In this document: positions 54,999-64,000 of the stretch, piece by piece
Layout of the letters: every line of letters starts with the position of its first letter
Position numbering within the stretch: the stretch's first letter is position 1
NCBI GenBank assembly: GCA_964606695.1
Contig: CAZSHG010000001.1
Coordinates: forward strand, 22,239 to 86,238
Source of the DNA: an uncultured bacterium
GTDB taxonomy: Bacteria > UBP14 > UBA6098
Direction: 5' to 3'
DNA length: 64,000 bases
Program-made: the position numbers and the translations under genes
The notes under the pieces: generated by a model
What the model was told of the DNA's origin: nothing
Seen by the model: only the letters and a program-made list of their open reading frames with translations
The model's database searches: none

Positions 54999-56279
54999 AT
55001 GAGAAAATATATCTTCGCTACCATACTTGTTTTAGCAACGATTACCCTCGGCGCAACACCCGATTCTTGCGTCCGAATAGGGCAGTCGGTTCTATTCTGC
55101 CTGACGGCTTCGGAGGGGAATCTTTCTCCCCCTCAAAGAGCCGCGATCGCGACCAGCGCACTCGAAGACATAATGACGGATCCCGACGGCGAACTGGATT
55201 CTCTCTGTATCGAGGAGGGAGACAGCCTTTATTCGATAGTCTATCACGGGATTCTCAGTGGCGAAGAAGGGCAATCGTTGCGAGTAATCAACATCGTGCC
55301 TCAGGATACATTCGGAACCGGACAGTCGCCGGCGGAACTCGCAGACAAATGGTATTGGGACATCCGCAAGGGGATTTCCTCCGAAAGACAACGTTCCTGG
55401 AGTTTCGACAATCTTGCCAAACTCGCATTGGGCGTTCTGTTCCCGTTTCTCGTCTTGCTTCTTTATTATTTGATAGATAAGGCCTACCGCACGATGTCCA
55501 AATCGGTGGTGCGGCGCGAAGGCGGCACGTTCCGCGGCATCAGAATAGGCAAAATGGAGATTCTCCCGCCGCGATTGCAGATTAGCATCATCCTTAAATT
55601 CCTGTTGGTGTTAAAATGGGTTATTATCGCCCTCGCTTTATACGCGATGATATTTGTTTTCTTCACACTGTTCCCGACCACACAGCAATATTCGCAAATT
55701 CTTCTCGAAACGAGTCTCGACTGGTTGAAGAAAATCGGAGAAATCCTGGTAGATGTTCTCAAATTCGCGATTGCCGGTTTAGTCCTATATCTTATTGCAC
55801 GAATACTCTGGGCAATCGTTGATATGGTTTTCCGGCATTATGAGGAAGCCCCTGAAACGACGAAAATCCCCGATGCCGCCATATCGCCGCTTAAGAGGCT
55901 TTTCAAAGCGATAATTGTTACAATTTTCATCATCTCGCTTGTGGCAATAATTCCCGGGCCAGGGGAGTATCTGGCCTTTGGATTATTCATCCTTACCGGG
56001 GTTTTCCTGGGGATAGCTTCATTGCCGTATATCGGTAGCGTTTTTGCGGGACTCGCGATGCTGTTAGCTCGTAAAATTCAAATCGGCGACAGAATAAGAG
56101 TCGGTGGACTCGAAGGTGAAGTTGAAATGGTTGGGATAGTCTGGACGAGAATACTCACCGACAGTTTCGAAGAACTTGTGTTGTTCAACACCAAGGTCGT
56201 TCAGGCAACAATAGTCGTCGAAAAGAAGGAACCGACATCGGCAACAGAAAAAAACGACACTCAAGAATCGAATGTGTAA
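54999..56279 (+). CDS. Small-conductance mechanosensitive channel (MscS family) with an N-terminal periplasmic domain
   Basis: Signal peptide, several TM helices, then the MscS beta-domain signature KIQIGDRIRVGGLEGEVEMVGIVWTRILTDSFEELVLFNTKVV. GAGGAG RBS before ATG at 54999. Confidence 0.7.
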   Translation: MRKYIFATILVLATITLGATPDSCVRIGQSVLFCLTASEGNLSPPQRAAIATSALEDIMTDPDGELDSLCIEEGDSLYSIVYHGILSGEEGQSLRVINIVPQDTFGTGQSPAELADKWYWDIRKGISSERQRSWSFDNLAKLALGVLFPFLVLLLYYLIDKAYRTMSKSVVRREGGTFRGIRIGKMEILPPRLQISIILKFLLVLKWVIIALALYAMIFVFFTLFPTTQQYSQILLETSLDWLKKIGEILVDVLKFAIAGLVLYLIARILWAIVDMVFRHYEEAPETTKIPDAAISPLKRLFKAIIVTIFIISLVAIIPGPGEYLAFGLFILTGVFLGIASLPYIGSVFAGLAMLLARKIQIGDRIRVGGLEGEVEMVGIVWTRILTDSFEELVLFNTKVVQATIVVEKKEPTSATEKNDTQESNV

Positions 56280-58059
56280 TCTTAAATATATTTTTATTCT
56301 ATTTATTATTTCGTTTTCTTATGCAAAACCGCATTGGGTGTGGTTTGCAGATAAAGGAATCGAACCCGGTTCTATAGAAGAATCTATCGCTCTTCGAGAG
56401 GCTGAAAAGAGTTTATCTGATAGATGTATTTCGAGACGAATCAAAGCACGCGGCATAGACAACATCGTCGATTATGAGGATATCCCACCGCCGGAAGAAT
56501 ACATCACCGAAATACTGCAAACCGGCGCGGAGATAAGAATGATCAGTAAATGGCTGAACGCCGTGAGCGTTTCGGCAACCGCCGATGAACTTGATAGAAT
56601 TAGATCTTTACCTTTCGTGGATAAGATATCGCCGGTGGCTTCGCGGGAATTCTCGCCGGAACCGTCCGGCTATAGGATTACAACCGAAAGCGATTATTAC
56701 GGCAACAGTTTGATCCAGAACGAAATGGTCAGGGCTAATTTCGCGCACCGTGCCGGCATAAACGGCGAAGGTGTCCTCATTTGCGTTACGGATACAGGTT
56801 TCAAGTTCGACCACGAGGCTATGGCTGGGACGGATCTGATCACGTCTTACGATTTCGTGGACGACGATTCGGTAGTCAGTTACGAACCGGGCGACCCCTC
56901 GGCTTCCGAGACGCATGGGACAAAAGTCTGGTCGATAATCGCCGGTTTCGACGAGGGCAATCTTATCGGGATAGCCACCGGAGCAAGCTTCATTCTCGCC
57001 CGCACTGAAAATTACGACGAAGAATACCCCGGCGAGGAAGACCACTGGATAGCGTCGGCGGAGTGGGCGGACAGCATAGGCGCGGATATTATTACGCTAA
57101 GCCTCGGCTACGACGATTGGTACACACCCGATTCGATGAACGGCGATATCGCGCCGATTTCCAGGGCGGCGGACAGGATGGCCGAAATCGGTATGGTCGT
57201 TACCGCCGCCGCGGGTAACAACGGTTACGGTGTTACAACCATCACCGCTCCCGGCGACGCGGATTCCATCCTGACGATCGGAGCCGTTACTTCGACCGGT
57301 GCAGTCGCTTCCTTTTCGTCACGCGGCCCGACCGCCGACGGCAGAACTAAACCGGAAATCTGCACCCTGGGGATGGGGACATGGTGCGCTACGTCCTACG
57401 GGATAGATTCATACGGCACTAGCTATGGCACCAGCGCGGCCACCCCGATTGCCGCGGGTTTAGCCGCTCTGATGCTACAAGCCAGACCCTATCTTTTGCC
57501 GATGGAAATCCGCGAGGCCTTGATGAACACGGCATCCAACAGCGCATCCCCGAATAACGATATCGGGTGGGGCGTCCCGGATATAGCCGCCGCCCTGTCT
57601 TATCCAATTGCAGGACAAATCGAACTGCCGCTTTTCCGCGGCTGGAACTTCGTTTCGATACCCATTACAAGCTCGCTCCCGGCGGATTCCGCTTTCCCGG
57701 ATAGAATCGGCGACGTGTGGAAATGGAATCCGGATTCCCTCGATTATGCGACCGCGACAACAATCGAACCGGGTGAATCCTATTTCGTATTCTTCGGTCA
57801 CGATACTATTATTTCGATAAGCGGTGCGCCGTTGACTTCGACCTCGAAAACGGTCGAGCCGGGTTGGAACTCGATCGGAGGCGTGAGGTCGAATTGTTAC
57901 CTGCCGACTATGGCTACCGCTTCCACAGCAGGCTTAGATATCTTTTTGTATAACTGGAATCCAATCGAGCAGGATTACCGTCAATCGAAAACCCTCTCGC
58001 CCGGCTCGGGAGCTTTCCTGCTCGTTCTCGAACCCGGCGATATCAATATCATAGAATAA
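56272..58059 (+). CDS. S8 family serine peptidase (subtilisin-like) with a C-terminal 'GWN' module
   Basis: Catalytic triad contexts: Asp (VLICVTDTGF), His (HGTKVWSII), Ser (GTSYGTSAATPIAAG). Signal peptide. C-terminal 144 aa (GWNFVSIP...PGESYFVFF...PGWNSIGG...) are homologous to the C-termini of the 6288..8138 and 3109-aa proteins. Confidence 0.85.
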   Translation: MCNLKYIFILFIISFSYAKPHWVWFADKGIEPGSIEESIALREAEKSLSDRCISRRIKARGIDNIVDYEDIPPPEEYITEILQTGAEIRMISKWLNAVSVSATADELDRIRSLPFVDKISPVASREFSPEPSGYRITTESDYYGNSLIQNEMVRANFAHRAGINGEGVLICVTDTGFKFDHEAMAGTDLITSYDFVDDDSVVSYEPGDPSASETHGTKVWSIIAGFDEGNLIGIATGASFILARTENYDEEYPGEEDHWIASAEWADSIGADIITLSLGYDDWYTPDSMNGDIAPISRAADRMAEIGMVVTAAAGNNGYGVTTITAPGDADSILTIGAVTSTGAVASFSSRGPTADGRTKPEICTLGMGTWCATSYGIDSYGTSYGTSAATPIAAGLAALMLQARPYLLPMEIREALMNTASNSASPNNDIGWGVPDIAAALSYPIAGQIELPLFRGWNFVSIPITSSLPADSAFPDRIGDVWKWNPDSLDYATATTIEPGESYFVFFGHDTIISISGAPLTSTSKTVEPGWNSIGGVRSNCYLPTMATASTAGLDIFLYNWNPIEQDYRQSKTLSPGSGAFLLVLEPGDINIIE

Positions 58060-58064
58060 TTATC

Positions 58065-59363
58065 ATGCGAAAAACAGAATTACTCATTGCCATTGTCCTG
58101 TTAGCGCTTTCCTGTAGCGGCAATCCTCAATTAACTGTCGAATCGGAAACATATACGGCCGGCACCTTGATGCCCAAAGCGAAAATCGAGGTCTGGTTCG
58201 TCCTCAAAAATACCGGCGACGCGCCTCTGGTCATCGAGAATATTCGTTCCATGTGCGATTGTATCACGATACAGGCCGCACCGGACACCATAGCGGTGGA
58301 CACCGGCGATAGTATCATGGTCGAATATATCGCCCCGGAAGAACCCGGCAGGGACGAAAGCAGTATTATGGTGCGCACCAACACCGAACCAAAGAACACC
58401 AAATTGACCATCGTTTCGAATGTTTTAGAAAGTAAGCTCGAAAAGGACGATTCGTCTATCGTTATCGTGCCCTTCCAGAATAAAGGAGTTCCGGGAGGCA
58501 ACGAGTTCTCTCTGGAGATTTTCCGTTACCTGACCGAAAACCTACCGGAGAGTTTTCGCCCGATGAATCCCAACACATATACCGAAGCCATTCAGGCGGA
58601 TCCCGGTTACGGAACCCAACCTATCCACGACGTTGCGCGGAAACTGAACCACGCGCTCGGTATCCGTTACGGGGTTTTCGGCGAGGTTAGACCTAATCCC
58701 CGGGGCGGCATCGACGCGAATATTATGCTCGTTGACGGATTCTTCCATCTTCCCATCGGAAGGATTCTCCAGGGAGTCCCGGAGGAGCGGTTATTAGCCG
58801 CATTATCCGACACGCTCAATTCATTCCTGACCAATCCCCGCGAATATATCAAACAGGCGTTGATGGTGGAATTACAACAGAAATGGGCCGAACAACGCCA
58901 AAAACTTATCAACAATCCCGCGCCGGAAATAACCGCCAAAGACATCAGGACGGGCGAGGAAATTTCATTAAGCGATTTCCGGGGTAAACCACTCGTTCTG
59001 CAATTTTTCTCCACCGACTGCGAACACTGCGAGGAGGAAATGGATTGGCTTTCCGGAATGGTTACCGAACATGAAGATATCGCCGCATTGGGTATCTCCG
59101 TTAATGTGGGTGAACGCGATTCCGTAATAGAATATATCCAGGATAAGAATTTAAAATATCCTGTAATTTTACCGGACGAAGAGGGCGAAAAACAACTCGA
59201 TCCATATTATGGCGGTGCGACGCCTCAGACGGTCATTATAACGCCGCAGGGCGTCGTCGCGCAGTCGTTCGTAGGCTTCTCGCACGGGGTCATGGATAAC
59301 TTCGAGAAGCTACTCATCGCGATGATAAAACAAAAAGAACCTACCGCACCCAAAACGGAGTAG
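58065..59363 (+). CDS. Lipoprotein with DUF1573 domain fused to a TlpA/ResA-like thioredoxin-fold (redoxin) domain
   Basis: Lipobox LALSCSG. DUF1573 signature (...FVLKNTGDAPLVIENIRSMCDCITIQ...). C-terminal redoxin domain with FRGKPLVLQFFSTDCEHCEEEM (CxxC). Confidence 0.7.
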   Translation: MRKTELLIAIVLLALSCSGNPQLTVESETYTAGTLMPKAKIEVWFVLKNTGDAPLVIENIRSMCDCITIQAAPDTIAVDTGDSIMVEYIAPEEPGRDESSIMVRTNTEPKNTKLTIVSNVLESKLEKDDSSIVIVPFQNKGVPGGNEFSLEIFRYLTENLPESFRPMNPNTYTEAIQADPGYGTQPIHDVARKLNHALGIRYGVFGEVRPNPRGGIDANIMLVDGFFHLPIGRILQGVPEERLLAALSDTLNSFLTNPREYIKQALMVELQQKWAEQRQKLINNPAPEITAKDIRTGEEISLSDFRGKPLVLQFFSTDCEHCEEEMDWLSGMVTEHEDIAALGISVNVGERDSVIEYIQDKNLKYPVILPDEEGEKQLDPYYGGATPQTVIITPQGVVAQSFVGFSHGVMDNFEKLLIAMIKQKEPTAPKTE

Positions 59364-59366
59364 AAA

Positions 59367-61673
59367 ATGAGGCTCTCAGGCGTTTTTTTCGCGCTATTTA
59401 TTATCCTTGTCTTTTCTGCGATCGCCCAAAATGACGGAGTTTACGTGGTTTCCGGCTATATCACGGATGCCGCTGACGGGGAGGCTATCGCCGGCGCCAA
59501 TCTTAAGATTAAAAACGAGTCATACGGCGCGGCGGCTAATCTGCACGGCTTCTTCTCCATTCCACGAGTTCCCGAAGGAATATACACCCTGGTTATTTCG
59601 GCAATTGGCTACGAATCGGTCGAACGCGAGATAGTCTGTGCCGGCGAACCCCTGCGCCTCGATATCGAACTGAAACAGACCGCGTTGGTCGGCGAAGAAG
59701 TCGTGGTCGAAGCGCAGAGAGTCGGAGGGATGGACGACCCTTACGTCGGCCATTCAATAGTCGAACAGGACATGATACTGCGTTCGCCGGGTATCCTGGA
59801 ACCCGACCTGTTCCGGACAATCCAGAACATGACGGGCGTCCTATCCATCTCGGATTATTCCTCCGGGCTGTATATCTGGGGAAGCACGCCCAGCGGCAAT
59901 CTGGTGCAGTTGGATAACATAGTCGTTTACAATCCAACCCATTTGTTCGGTTTCTCGAGCAGTTTTATCGCGGACGCCATTCGCGAGGTCAATCTGGTGA
60001 AGGGCGGATACCCGGCTAAATGGGGCGGCAGAATGGGAAGCGTCCTCGACATCACGAATAAAGACGGCAACCGAAAAGAGTTTTCCGGCATGGCCGAACT
60101 TTCCGTGTTATCCGGACAATTACTATTGGAAGGCCCGGTCGGCAAAGGAAGCTTCATGGCCGCAGGCAGACGCACATGGATCGACATGGCGACTCAGGCA
60201 TTGCTCGCCGAAGAAGATGAAATGCCCTACCATTTCTACGATTTCCAGAGTCGCATAAATCAGGACTTTTCGCCCCGCGATAAACTAACCCTCAGTTTCT
60301 ATTCCGGCGACGATATCCTCGCATTCGAGGACGAAGAGACTACCGACGACTCTGACGATTTCGAATATCGATGGGGTAATATCACAACGAGTCTCCAGTG
60401 GAAACATATCTTCCACGACCAGCTTTTCGGGCACGTAGCTCTTGCGGGAAGCCGTTTTCGCGCAAGGTTCAACACCGGCGACGGCTATTACGACCGGTTG
60501 AACACAATAGGCGATGTTACGGCTAAGGGCGATTTGACTTATTTCCATTCGGAAAAACACACGATGAATTTCGGCGGAGTTCTCAAATGGCGCGAAGTCC
60601 GCAACAAGGACGAAGTCCTCGCCGAAGAATGGGATTGGGAAGCCGATTCGATGGTGGAAACTACCGTCCGCTGGGACAAGATCACCAACGCCTCGCTCAT
60701 CGCGCTATATGCCGAGGAGGAATATAAGCCGAATACGCTCTGGAAATTCCAGCTCGGCCTGCGTTCCGAATTCGCTTTTAACGGGAACTATTTTCGAGTC
60801 GGCCCGCGCCTTTCCGCACAGCGGAGAATCGACCACAAGAGCGTTCTACGCATGGCGACCGGCCAATATTACCAATACGTCCATCTTTACAACCCGGCGG
60901 AAGAACAGGGATTTGCCTTCCTCGATTTCTGGATTCCGGTGGACGAGAATCTCAAATCCGGCTCGGCGCAACATTTCGTTATAGGATTCGATACCGATCA
61001 TCTGCCCGTCCACGTCGCTACTAACGCCTATGTCAAACACATGGATCATCTGCTCGCCGGACGCGAGCAATTCATCCTTCACCTCGACGATAATATCCAC
61101 ACGCAATTTTACGAGGGAAGCGGCTGGGCTACAGGCTTCGACGTTACATTCGAGGGCGATTGGGGCAAGTTCGGCGGATGGCTCGGTTACAGCCTCGGAT
61201 GGGTGCAATACACGATGGGCGATTCCGCCGACGGCATAAACGATGGCGAACCATACCCTCCCAAATTCGACCGACGGCACAGTATCAATATGTCGATTGG
61301 CTACAATATCTCGCCACGTATAGATTTGACCGCCGTTTACAATTTAGGAACGGGACAACCATGCACTTCTTTAGATCACTGGGAACTCGAATACTGGCAC
61401 GAGGGCGGCGATTCTGTCTATTATCCCGTATATAGCGATAATTACCACGACGACAGATTGCCTTTTTACAACCGCTTCGATCTCGGCATGCGATGGAAAA
61501 TCGTCGATCGCGAAAGCTGGGATATGTATATGTTCGCACAGATAATCAATTTCTTCAATAGCACCAATTACCTATTCAGGGATCCCAAAGAAATGGTCGA
61601 TGGCGAAATCGATTACGACGACATGAAAATGTTCCCCTGGTTCCCCTATCTCGGTTTCCGCGCGGAGTTTTAA
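59367..61673 (+). CDS. TonB-dependent outer-membrane receptor with N-terminal carboxypeptidase-regulatory-like domain
   Basis: Signal peptide. CarboxypepD_reg-like segment (VSGYITDAADGEAIAGANLKIKN...GFFSIP...GIYTLVISAIGYE). Plug-domain motifs. C-terminal ...YLGFRAEF with terminal Phe typical of TBDR barrels. Confidence 0.8.
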   Translation: MRLSGVFFALFIILVFSAIAQNDGVYVVSGYITDAADGEAIAGANLKIKNESYGAAANLHGFFSIPRVPEGIYTLVISAIGYESVEREIVCAGEPLRLDIELKQTALVGEEVVVEAQRVGGMDDPYVGHSIVEQDMILRSPGILEPDLFRTIQNMTGVLSISDYSSGLYIWGSTPSGNLVQLDNIVVYNPTHLFGFSSSFIADAIREVNLVKGGYPAKWGGRMGSVLDITNKDGNRKEFSGMAELSVLSGQLLLEGPVGKGSFMAAGRRTWIDMATQALLAEEDEMPYHFYDFQSRINQDFSPRDKLTLSFYSGDDILAFEDEETTDDSDDFEYRWGNITTSLQWKHIFHDQLFGHVALAGSRFRARFNTGDGYYDRLNTIGDVTAKGDLTYFHSEKHTMNFGGVLKWREVRNKDEVLAEEWDWEADSMVETTVRWDKITNASLIALYAEEEYKPNTLWKFQLGLRSEFAFNGNYFRVGPRLSAQRRIDHKSVLRMATGQYYQYVHLYNPAEEQGFAFLDFWIPVDENLKSGSAQHFVIGFDTDHLPVHVATNAYVKHMDHLLAGREQFILHLDDNIHTQFYEGSGWATGFDVTFEGDWGKFGGWLGYSLGWVQYTMGDSADGINDGEPYPPKFDRRHSINMSIGYNISPRIDLTAVYNLGTGQPCTSLDHWELEYWHEGGDSVYYPVYSDNYHDDRLPFYNRFDLGMRWKIVDRESWDMYMFAQIINFFNSTNYLFRDPKEMVDGEIDYDDMKMFPWFPYLGFRAEF

Positions 61674-61736
61674 CGGATAGTCGTTGTCGGGCATCCGACC
61701 TCCTCAAAATAACATTTTCGCTTAATTCTACTCAAC

Positions 61737-61760
61737 AACCCCGGCGTCTCGCCGGGTTTA
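61737..61760 (+). terminator. Rho-independent terminator after the TonB-dependent receptor gene
   Basis: CCCGGC-gtctc-GCCGGG stem-loop followed by TTTAAG. Located 65 nt downstream of the stop. Confidence 0.5.
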
Positions 61761-61879
61761 AGAGGAGATTTATCGCTCCGACGACAATCGTCAATCATAA
61801 ATCATCGCTTAAAAACCCTTTTCAACTTCGCAATTTCACTTATATTATAGACGACGTCGGAATATCAAAACGGAGACTC

Positions 61880-62728
61880 GTGTCCGATAGAACTGTCGAA
61901 ATAAATGATTTAGCGCGTCGTATCCGCTACGATATCGTTATGTCAATTTACAACGCGGGTAGCGGTCATCCGGGGGGTTCGCTTTCCATCGCGGACGTTC
62001 TCGCGGTGATGTATTCCGATGTCCTCGACCGCGATCCTATCGATCCGCATTGGCCGGACAGAGATCGTATTATTTTATCGAAGGGGCACGCCGCGCCGGC
62101 GTTATATTCCGCTCTCGCCGAGGCCGGTTATTTTGACAGGGATATTTTGTGGACACTGCGAAAATTCGGAAGCCCGCTTCAGGGGCACCCGTGCAGATTA
62201 AAAGGCCCGCCCGGTTTGGAGATGTCCACCGGAAGCCTGGGGCAGGGATTATCGATAGCTGTCGGTCTGGCTCTCGGCGCGAGAATCAAGGGCGAGAAAT
62301 GGCGAACTTACTGTATCCTCGGCGACGGCGAACTGGACGAAGGGTCGGTATGGGAAGCTATAATGGCCGGCGCGCATCACAGATTATCGAATTTATGCGC
62401 GATAATCGATAACAACGGCCTGCAAATCGACGGCGAATGTTGTCAGGTTATGAACCTGGGAAATATCGATTCAAAATTCCGTGCCTTCGGGTGGCATGTT
62501 ATAAGGATCGACGGCCACCATATAGCCTCGATTCGAACGGCTTTCGACAGAACCACGCAATTCGACGATAAACCCACGGCGATTGTCCTTTCGACTGTCA
62601 AGGGCAAGGGCGTAAGTTTTATGGAAAACAAAGTGGAATGGCATAGCAAGCCTTTGACCGAGAAACAGGCGAAAACCGCTATCGGCGAGATCGGTTACTA
62701 TTGGGGCGAGTTGGGAGGTTTGCTGTGA
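61880..62728 (+). CDS. tkt: Transketolase, N-terminal (thiamine-diphosphate-binding) subunit
   Basis: GHPGGSLSIADVLAVMY, LSKGHAAPALYSALAEAGY, ILGDGELDEGSVWEA (TPP-binding GDG...N motif region). Split-gene form. Confidence 0.9.
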   Translation: MSDRTVEINDLARRIRYDIVMSIYNAGSGHPGGSLSIADVLAVMYSDVLDRDPIDPHWPDRDRIILSKGHAAPALYSALAEAGYFDRDILWTLRKFGSPLQGHPCRLKGPPGLEMSTGSLGQGLSIAVGLALGARIKGEKWRTYCILGDGELDEGSVWEAIMAGAHHRLSNLCAIIDNNGLQIDGECCQVMNLGNIDSKFRAFGWHVIRIDGHHIASIRTAFDRTTQFDDKPTAIVLSTVKGKGVSFMENKVEWHSKPLTEKQAKTAIGEIGYYWGELGGLL

Positions 62729-63669
62729 GAATTCCGACTAAACCTTCCAGAGACGGTTTCGGCGAAGGCCTGCTGGACGCCGCCACTGTAAATAAGCGCG
62801 TGGTTGCTATCGGGAGCGATATCTCCGATTCGGTTCGCACCGGGTGGTTCGCGAAAGAGTATCCTGACAGATTCATCAGCCTGGGCATAGCGGAACAGAA
62901 CGCGGCGGGCGTGTCAGCGGGGCTGGCGCTGACCGGATTAATCCCCGTAGTGGCCAATTACGGCGTCTTCGCGTCTGGACGATGTTTCGACCAGATACGG
63001 ACGTCGATATGTTATCCTAATTTGAACGTTAAGATCTGCGGCGCGCACGGGGGAATATCTGTTGGTCCGGACGGCGCAACGCATCAAGCCCTCTCGGAAA
63101 TCGCTCTTATGCGCGTTCTCCCGAACATGACCGTAATCGTCCCATGCGATTCCAATCAGACAAGAAAGGCGACGAAGCGGGCTATTTTAGATATTGGAAC
63201 GCCCGCCTACATTCGAACAGGGCGCGAACCCATCCCCCTGTTCACGGAACCGGACGAACCTTACGAAATCGGCAAGGCTATCCTTCGGCGCAAAGGTAGC
63301 GACGTAGCTATAATAGCTTGCGGAGCGATGGTTTACGAGTCTCTTCTCGCCGGAGAAATCCTCGAAAAGAGTGGAATTTCCGCGCAAGTTATCGACCTTC
63401 ATACGATAAAACCTATCGACAGAGAAGCGATTATCTCAGCGGCTACCTGCGGCGCTATCGTAACAGTCGAGGAACATCAGCGTTACGCCGGTATGGGGAG
63501 CGCCGTCGCGGAGGTCGTAGTAACCGAAGCTCCGGTTCCAATGGATATAATCGGCATCGATGACCGTTTCGGCGAATCCGGACAGCCCGAAGAACTACTC
63601 AAATCCTTCGGCCTGACCGCAGAGAATATTGCCGGAAGAACTTTGGACCTGTTGAAAAGAATAGTATGA
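62724..63669 (+). CDS. tkt: Transketolase, C-terminal (pyrimidine-binding and C-terminal domain) subunit
   Basis: GTG start overlapping the upstream stop (GTGA). Transketolase pyrimidine-domain motifs (GIAEQNAAGVSAGLALTG, VICGAHGGISVGPDGATHQ-like) and the C-terminal domain. Confidence 0.9.
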
Positions 63670-64000
63670 ACTCCCGGACTTCAAAAACCAAATTCGGTCT
63701 AAAAGCCTTTTTCAAGACTTTTATTCTGTTCTTTATTCCGATGGTTTTAATAACGTTGGGCGTTTTCATATTCCTGCCCTACTTCCAGAACAGGTCTATT
63801 GCCACTGGCTGTGAACGCCTGTTTGAACAAAGAGCTCTCGATTTTTTCAGAAAAGGCGGATTGAGTTCCTACATCAACACGGGAGACGATTCGACCCTCG
63901 TCAATTTCCTCTCGGAACGCGAATTCGAGATTATGTGTATCTACGTTTGGGACGGCCACTGGATTGCACTGTATTCTCGAGAGGATTTTATCCATCCGGA
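63666..64000 (+). CDS. Hypothetical membrane-anchored protein, N-terminal fragment (continues beyond window)
   Basis: ATG overlapping the tkt stop (ATGA). N-terminal TM helix (FFKTFILFFIPMVLITLGVFIFLPYF) followed by a soluble region. No stop before the window end. Confidence 0.4.
   Translation, partial: MNSRTSKTKFGLKAFFKTFILFFIPMVLITLGVFIFLPYFQNRSIATGCERLFEQRALDFFRKGGLSSYINTGDDSTLVNFLSEREFEIMCIYVWDGHWIALYSREDFIHP

Noticed and set aside
1-64000. CRISPR arrays, cas genes, transposases, integrases, phage genes
   Set aside because: No regularly spaced short direct repeats of CRISPR type were seen. No ORF carries transposase (DDE), integrase or recombinase motifs. The only repeats are the two 38-nt intergenic copies at 50.1-50.3 kb.

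Overview
This 64-kb window reads as chromosomal DNA from an anaerobic Gram-negative bacterium of the FCB (Fibrobacteres/Chlorobi/Bacteroidetes-like) group, with GC content near 50%. Five secreted proteins end in a clear type IX secretion (T9SS, Por_Secre_tail-like) C-terminal sorting domain. Desulfoferrodoxin, a rubrerythrin-like protein, a Fur/PerR-family regulator and HypE point to an anaerobic lifestyle.

Gene content, 5'->3':
- 1..9.6 kb: C-terminal part of an HD-domain protein, an Atg22-like MFS transporter, a small T9SS cargo protein, a BNR/Asp-box beta-propeller lipoprotein, dapA-dapB, and two secreted proteins.
- 9.1..13.1 kb: a universal stress protein, an atypical multi-receiver histidine-kinase-like protein, a small membrane protein and a DUF4388 protein.
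- 13.3..27.5 kb: two tandem giant T9SS cargo genes of 1590 aa and 3109 aa. These are the most striking content of the window.
- 28..38 kb: a polysaccharide export/biosynthesis locus (Wzi-like outer-membrane protein?, GT4, RmlD-like, Wzx, Wzy-like, Wzz, multi-SLBB Wza-like).
- 38..40.7 kb: housekeeping block rplY - prs - tRNA-Gln(UUG) - ispE.
- 40.8..50 kb: kdsB, a GH114-like hydrolase fused to a T9SS CTD, a Mo-oxidoreductase with arsC, ispA, then an orphan hypE followed by a TM-anchored 2x[4Fe-4S] ferredoxin, a CcdA/DsbD-like membrane protein, a YibQ-type deacetylase and a PtsN-like protein.
- 50.3..54.9 kb: ftsX-ftsE and an oxidative-stress island (Fur/PerR-like regulator, peroxiredoxin, desulfoferrodoxin, ferritin, rubrerythrin-like).
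- 55..64 kb: MscS channel, S8 peptidase, DUF1573-thioredoxin lipoprotein, TonB-dependent receptor and a split transketolase.

No CRISPR array, transposase or integrase is visible. Three observations stand out as possibly novel:
- A recurring ~130-aa C-terminal 'GWN...PG.GYF...GWN.IG' module is shared by three different secreted proteins and is unknown to me.
- The 1590-aa protein carries a triplicated ~100-aa N-terminal domain.
- The orphan hypE / ferredoxin / CcdA module has no obvious hydrogenase partner in the window.
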